From: Candidatus Latescibacterota bacterium
GTDB lineage: Bacteria > Latescibacterota > UBA2968 > UBA8231
Length of the DNA stretch: 64,000 bases
Assembly (NCBI GenBank): GCA_965243025.1
Contig: CBDETY010000003.1
Coordinates: 4,672,001-4,736,000, forward strand
Direction: 5' to 3'
Below, piece after piece: positions 59,271-64,000 of this stretch. The stretch's first letter is position 1; each line of letters starts with the position of its first letter. A program made the position numbers and the translations under genes. Below the pieces are notes generated by a model. That model worked only from the letters and a program-made list of their open reading frames with translations. It ran no database searches and had not been told where the DNA came from.

Positions 59271-60242
59271 ATGATCCCTCGCGAAAAACTGTACGATCAG
59301 CTCGACAACTGCCTCCTGGACGCCCGTTTCGAACGCTGGGAATCCTGTTACAAGCAGGGCAAGGTCCGCGACATGTACCTCCTCGAGGACAAGCGCATTC
59401 TGATCACCACGGATCGCCAGAGTGCGTTCGACCATGTTCTGGGCACCATTCCGCTCAAGGGGCAGGTGTTGAACCGCATCGCCAAGCACTGGTTCGACCG
59501 GACCAGCGATATTGCGCCGAATCAGGTGATCGATGTTCCGGACGACAACGTCACCGTCGCCGAAGAGCTGGCGATGATTCCGGTCGAGGTGGTGGTGCGC
59601 GCATACCTTACGGGCAGCACTGACACCTCCGTCTGGACCCATTACAACAGGGGGGTCCGCGACTTTTGCGGGTTGCGCCTTCCGGACGGAATGGTGAAAA
59701 ACCAGCCTTTCGAATCGCCGATCATCACTCCGACCACGAAATCCGAGGACCACGACGAGTCCATTTCACCAGAGCAGATCGTCGAACGGGGGCTCGTCGA
59801 GGCCGACACCTGGCAGGAGATCGAACGCCTTGCCCTCGCCCTCTTCGCCCGCGGCTCCGAGCTGGCTGCAAGGCAGGGACTGATTCTCGTGGACACGAAA
59901 TACGAGCTGGGGATCAATTCGCGGGGGGAAATCGCCGTTGCCGACGAAATCCACACTCCCGATTCCTCGCGCTACTGGATCGCCGAAACCTACCCCGAAC
60001 GCCACCAGCGCGGGGATGAGCCGGAGAGCCTCGACAAGGAATTCCTGCGGCTGTGGCTCCGGGAAAAAGGCATCTCCGACGACAACATTCCCGACCTGGA
60101 CAACGACATCCGCGTGCAGGTCGCCGAGCGCTACATCGACCTGTTCGAGCGCGTTACCGGCCAGCCCTTCGCGGTCGAGACCAGTTCCGCTCCGATCAGG
60201 GAGCGCATCGAAAAAGCGATCGCCCCGTATTTCCCGAACTAG
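59271..60242 (+). CDS. purC: SAICAR synthetase (long, Ade1-like type)
   Basis: GKVRDMY, TDRQSAFD, KGQVLN, PVEVVVRAYLTGS, TPTTK, LVDTKYE, DEIHTPDSSRYW, DKEFLRLW. Confidence 0.95.
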   Translation: MIPREKLYDQLDNCLLDARFERWESCYKQGKVRDMYLLEDKRILITTDRQSAFDHVLGTIPLKGQVLNRIAKHWFDRTSDIAPNQVIDVPDDNVTVAEELAMIPVEVVVRAYLTGSTDTSVWTHYNRGVRDFCGLRLPDGMVKNQPFESPIITPTTKSEDHDESISPEQIVERGLVEADTWQEIERLALALFARGSELAARQGLILVDTKYELGINSRGEIAVADEIHTPDSSRYWIAETYPERHQRGDEPESLDKEFLRLWLREKGISDDNIPDLDNDIRVQVAERYIDLFERVTGQPFAVETSSAPIRERIEKAIAPYFPN

Positions 60243-60462
60243 TTGCCCCCAGGCACCATTGATAAAAAACCTCGTCTCCGCAGCGCTGGTGCTCCGCCTC
60301 GAAACCAGGCAGGTCCCCCTCGATCTGGGACTGATCGCCCTGACCTGGTTGCGGCGGCCGGTGATCGAAATCGTGCTGAACCGAGCTTCGGAGAACGCCG
60401 TCCGGCTGCGCAGGAAACTCGACGAAGTCTACCCTTTCTGAGACTGCTTCTCAGATACCGGA

Positions 60463-60741
60463 ATGCTCCACCGTCAACTGCGTACTGCGCTCGAGGAAAT
60501 CTTCGGCGTCGAATTCGTCAGCGATGCCCTCGCCAACCCCGAGCTAGCCCAGGTCGTCATCTACGAATCTCCCGAGCGCTTCAAGGAGACGGTCCTCGGA
60601 TTTCAGCGGCTGAACTTTCGCGACGAGCAGGTGAAGTACGCCAATCAGCTGGAGCGGGACTTCGGCTTCGCTCTGATCTGCGCGCTTCTCGACGGCGGCA
60701 CCCGCGATCTCGTTGCGGAGCTCGGACTCAGCTATCTCTGA
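60463..60741 (+). CDS. Small hypothetical protein (92 aa)
   Basis: ATG-started ORF with genome-like codon usage and globular composition; no family recognised. Confidence 0.65.
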   Translation: MLHRQLRTALEEIFGVEFVSDALANPELAQVVIYESPERFKETVLGFQRLNFRDEQVKYANQLERDFGFALICALLDGGTRDLVAELGLSYL

Positions 60742-61056
60742 CTCGTTTCTTGACGATGCGTTCGGTTCTTCGAAGAACTGATGCTGAACGTGTCGGAACC
60801 CGCCCGCTCCCTGAACGTCCATGACTGAACATCGATCCCGGCAACCGGATGCCCCGGGGACCGGGGGCGTCGTGCCTTCGGCAAGCCCGGCTTTCGGCAG
60901 GTGGCAGTCCCTCGTCCACCCCCGCCGACCGCCAGGAGCTTCGCCGCCGATCGACGGGCAACCGACCCTCGATTTCGCTATCTTCCACCTCGATTTCGAC
61001 CTTCTCCCGGGACCGCCGGACAATGACCTCCGGTCCACCACCCCCGTTTACCCGCC

Positions 61057-61884
61057 GTGAGCTACAACCTCGCCGACCTCCACATGCACTCGTTTTGCTC
61101 CGACGGACTCCGCACCCCGGCGGAGGCGGTGGGAGAGGCGCTCCGGGCGGGAGTCCGCGCCATCAGCCTGACCGACCACGACACCGTCGAGGGTGTCGAA
61201 GAGGCGGTGGATGCCGGCCTGCGCCTCGGGATTCGGGTTATTCCCGGAATCGAACTGAGCGCCCACATCGGCGACCGCGAGGTCCATCTGCTCTCCTATT
61301 TCATCCACCGCCGCCACCCGGTACTGACCGATTACGTCGGTCTGCTGCGCCGGCGCCGGCGCGAGCGCGGCGTCGCCATGGTCGAACGCCTCAACGAGCT
61401 CGGGGTCGCCATTTCCATTGACGAAGTGATGCGTCACGCGACGAGCGGTCTCCTGGGAAGACCCCACATCGCCGCGGCGATGGTGGGCGTCGGGGCCGTC
61501 GCCTCGAAGGAAGAGGCCTTCGACCGCTACCTCGGGGACCGCCGTCCGGCCGCGGTGCCGAAACCGCGGTCCCCCGCTGCCGACGTGATCGCCATGGTCC
61601 ACCGCCTGGGGGGCGTCGCCGTCCTTGCGCACCCCGGAAACAGCTGCCCCCTGCCGATGCTGACCCAGCTCGTCAACTCAGGACTGGACGGCATCGAGGT
61701 CTTTCACCCGTCGCACCAGCCCGCCCAGATCGAACACTACACCCAACTTGCCGCGCGCTACGGACTCCTGCCGACAGGCGGCTCCGACAGCCACGGCGAA
61801 GAGTCGGGACCTCGCATAGGAGACTGTGGAATAGGCTGCGAGGCGATCGCGGCCCTCGAAGCGCGCGCCGCCGGGTATGCGTAG
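61057..61884 (+). CDS. PHP-domain phosphoesterase (TrpH/YciV-like)
   Basis: DLHMHSFCSDG, LTDHDT, GIELS, VHLLSY, GRPHIA, LAHPG, GLDGIEV, TGGSDSHG. Confidence 0.92.
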   Translation: MSYNLADLHMHSFCSDGLRTPAEAVGEALRAGVRAISLTDHDTVEGVEEAVDAGLRLGIRVIPGIELSAHIGDREVHLLSYFIHRRHPVLTDYVGLLRRRRRERGVAMVERLNELGVAISIDEVMRHATSGLLGRPHIAAAMVGVGAVASKEEAFDRYLGDRRPAAVPKPRSPAADVIAMVHRLGGVAVLAHPGNSCPLPMLTQLVNSGLDGIEVFHPSHQPAQIEHYTQLAARYGLLPTGGSDSHGEESGPRIGDCGIGCEAIAALEARAAGYA

Positions 61885-63574
61885 TCTGCTGCCGGTCCTG
61901 GCGATCGTTTCGGCAGCGACTCTGTCCCTCCAGGCGGCGGCGCCCGGTCTCCTCCCGCAAACCCCGCACCAGGAAGCCGTTCCTCCCGTTCCAGGCCTGC
62001 TCGGAACTGAAATCGGCGACATTGTCTGGAGCGGCCGCTACCTGTGGATCGCCACCGAACGCGGACTGGCGCGGCTCGACCCGACGGACAGCAACGGCCT
62101 CAAGGACAGCGACTGGGTTACCTTCACCGAAGCGCACGGACTCGGGCGCGGTGCGGTGAGCGCCCTGGCCGCGTCCGGCGACACCGTCTGGGCGGCAACT
62201 CTTTTCGACACGACGATCACCGGGATGGACAGATCTCCGCAGGTGGGCAACGGCCTCAGTTTCAGCGTCGACGGTGGCGAGTCGTGGCGGCACATCCCGA
62301 ACGAGACCATCTTCGATCCGTCGCGCCCCACGTTCGCGCGCGGCCCCTCCACTCCGGTCCACAACGCCTGTTTCGGGCTCGCCCTCGACGGCGACACAAT
62401 CTGGGCGGCCTTCTTCGCCGGCTCCTCGGTGCGCTCCCGCGACGCCGGCCGCACCTGGGAACGGGTCCTGCCGGACGGCGCGGATGAGATCGTCTATTTG
62501 CCCGGCGAAAACGATGCCGAGAAGTTTCGCATCCTGGCCGACAGCCTGGCCGACAGCGGCGACGCCGACGAGGAACGGGTGCGGGAAGCTCGCGCCGCCG
62601 CCGACAGTCTCGACCTGCAATCGTTCCTGCATCGCACCTTCTCGGCCCTCGCCTACGACGACACCGTCTGGATCGGGACCTCCGCCGGGGTTGCCCGCAG
62701 CTTCGATGGAGGAACCACCTGGAAGCAGTCCCGGGCCGCCTTCGACGAGTTCGGAGAGCGGCTGGCCGGCAGTCTGAGCGCCAACTGGGTGGTTGCCCTC
62801 GCCAGGCAGCGGCTCCCGGGCGGGGGCAGCGTGGTCTGGGCGGGTGCGAAGTTGGGGCCGGGCAACCTGGAAACGGCGGCCATCAACTTCAGCGCCGACA
62901 ACGGAGAATCCTGGCAGTTCTCGGGGCCGACCTTCGCATGGGGGTTCGCCTTCGCGGAGGATGCGGTCTGGGCCGCCGGCCACGACGGCCTGCTGCGCAG
63001 CGGCGACGCCGGCCTCACCTGGGAGACGGTGATCGTCGAGGACCTGCAGTCGCGGGATCAACTGCGCGAGCCCTTCGTCGGCGTGGAGACCGCGCCGAAC
63101 CCCGAGGGGGGAAGGACGCTCTGGGTCGGGGCGGAAAACGGACTCGCCCGGGGAGCGGTCGCCGACTCGAACGGCGAACCGGTCACCGACATCGAATGGC
63201 GGATCCTGGCGTTTCCCCTGAAAACGCGGGCCCTCGATTCGGGAGACTTCATCGGCGAAGGGGGCGCTGCCGATCCCGACAGCACCCTCACCTACGCGGC
63301 TCCGAGCCCCTTTGCCCCTTCCCGGGACGAGCACACCCGCATCGTCTTCGGACTTCAGAATCCCGCCGAGGTTTCGATTTCCCTCTACGATTTCGCCAGC
63401 CGCCCGGTGCGCGAACTCGTGGTGAACCAACCGCGTTCGGGACAGGGTTACCACTACATCAACTGGGATGGACGTGACGACGGCGGCGACCTCGTGGCCA
63501 ACGGCGTCTACTTCTACCGCCTGAGCACCGATGACGGCGGCCAGGCCTTCGGCAAGGTGGTGGTGCTGGATTGA
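61877..63574 (+). CDS. Secreted beta-propeller (BNR/Asp-box repeat) protein with C-terminal FlgD-Ig/T9SS-type-A-like domain
   Basis: Asp-boxes SVDGGESW, SRDAGRTW, SFDGGTTW, SADNGESW, SGDAGLTW; C-terminus YAAPSPF...IS.YD...R.V..L...WDGRDDGG..VANGVYFYRL...GKVVVL. Confidence 0.85.
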   Translation: MRSLLPVLAIVSAATLSLQAAAPGLLPQTPHQEAVPPVPGLLGTEIGDIVWSGRYLWIATERGLARLDPTDSNGLKDSDWVTFTEAHGLGRGAVSALAASGDTVWAATLFDTTITGMDRSPQVGNGLSFSVDGGESWRHIPNETIFDPSRPTFARGPSTPVHNACFGLALDGDTIWAAFFAGSSVRSRDAGRTWERVLPDGADEIVYLPGENDAEKFRILADSLADSGDADEERVREARAAADSLDLQSFLHRTFSALAYDDTVWIGTSAGVARSFDGGTTWKQSRAAFDEFGERLAGSLSANWVVALARQRLPGGGSVVWAGAKLGPGNLETAAINFSADNGESWQFSGPTFAWGFAFAEDAVWAAGHDGLLRSGDAGLTWETVIVEDLQSRDQLREPFVGVETAPNPEGGRTLWVGAENGLARGAVADSNGEPVTDIEWRILAFPLKTRALDSGDFIGEGGAADPDSTLTYAAPSPFAPSRDEHTRIVFGLQNPAEVSISLYDFASRPVRELVVNQPRSGQGYHYINWDGRDDGGDLVANGVYFYRLSTDDGGQAFGKVVVLD

Positions 63575-64000
63575 AGCGCGCGCACCGACTCCTGCAGCCC
63601 CTGGCCGCGACCGCGGCCATCCTCCTCACGGTCTGCCTGCCCGCAGCGGGCGATTACGCCGGTGCTTTTCTCGAGGGGGGCCTGGGAACGCGCGGCCCCG
63701 GAATGGGGAATGCCTTTTCCGCTGCCGTCGACGACGAGTCGGCGATCTACTGGAACACCGCGCGGCTCACACGCATCGCCGGACTCCACGCCTCGGCTTC
63801 CGTGCACGCGCTGAGCCTCGACCGCAGGCGGAACAGTCTGGCCGCAGCGTTCAACAGCCGCGGCGGCCTCGCTTTCGGCCTCGGCTGGATACACGCCTCG
63901 GTCGGCGGTCTCGAGGCGCGCACCGGGGCGGGGGATCCCTATGGCGAAATCGACGACAGCGAGAACGCCTACTTCTTCGCCCTGGGAATCCCTCTCGGCG
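63571..64000 (+). CDS. PorV/PorQ (FadL-like) outer-membrane protein, 3'-truncated by the window edge
   Basis: Not in the ORF track. Manual translation from TTG 63571 gives a signal peptide then AGAFLEGGLGTRGPGMGNAFSAAVDDESAIYWNTARL, matching the FL..g.gaR..gMG.a..A..dD.sa.ywNpA family N-terminal motif. Confidence 0.8.
   Translation, partial: MKRAHRLLQPLAATAAILLTVCLPAAGDYAGAFLEGGLGTRGPGMGNAFSAAVDDESAIYWNTARLTRIAGLHASASVHALSLDRRRNSLAAAFNSRGGLAFGLGWIHASVGGLEARTGAGDPYGEIDDSENAYFFALGIPLG

Overview
This is a GC-rich bacterial chromosomal segment. A long SecA, a PorV-family barrel, a FlgD-Ig/T9SS-like C-terminal domain protein and a MacB-type ABC permease suggest an FCB-group lineage such as Latescibacterota or Gemmatimonadota (inference). 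It is mostly housekeeping and metabolic: soxBDA-like genes, a UbiD decarboxylase, tRNA-Glu(TTC), pdxST, a COG3014/LpoB-like lipoprotein operon, an ABC export operon, ino1 with a divergent LysR regulator, dusB, uppS-cdsA-rseP-queG, ftsY, ribD-ribE-ribBA-ribH-nusB, secA and purC. I saw no CRISPR array, integrase or transposase. The main signals are five. (1) Two orphaned gene 3' tails lie within 4 kb: a perfect 67-bp duplication of the ino1 3' end brackets an integrase-free PIN/RHH toxin-antitoxin islet, and an older, frameshifted, synonymously diverged copy of the DUF309 gene 3' end lies just downstream of the intact gene. Together they suggest recurrent 3'-end-replacing integration. (2) An apparently circularly permuted, PDZ-less SpoIVB/S55 protease is paired with a secreted beta-propeller protein at the head of the riboflavin operon. 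(3) RibBA has a degenerate DHBP-synthase active site. (4) A NYN domain is fused to a cold-shock domain. (5) A LysR box sits in the ino1 promoter region. All family calls come from motif recognition by eye; no database searches were run.
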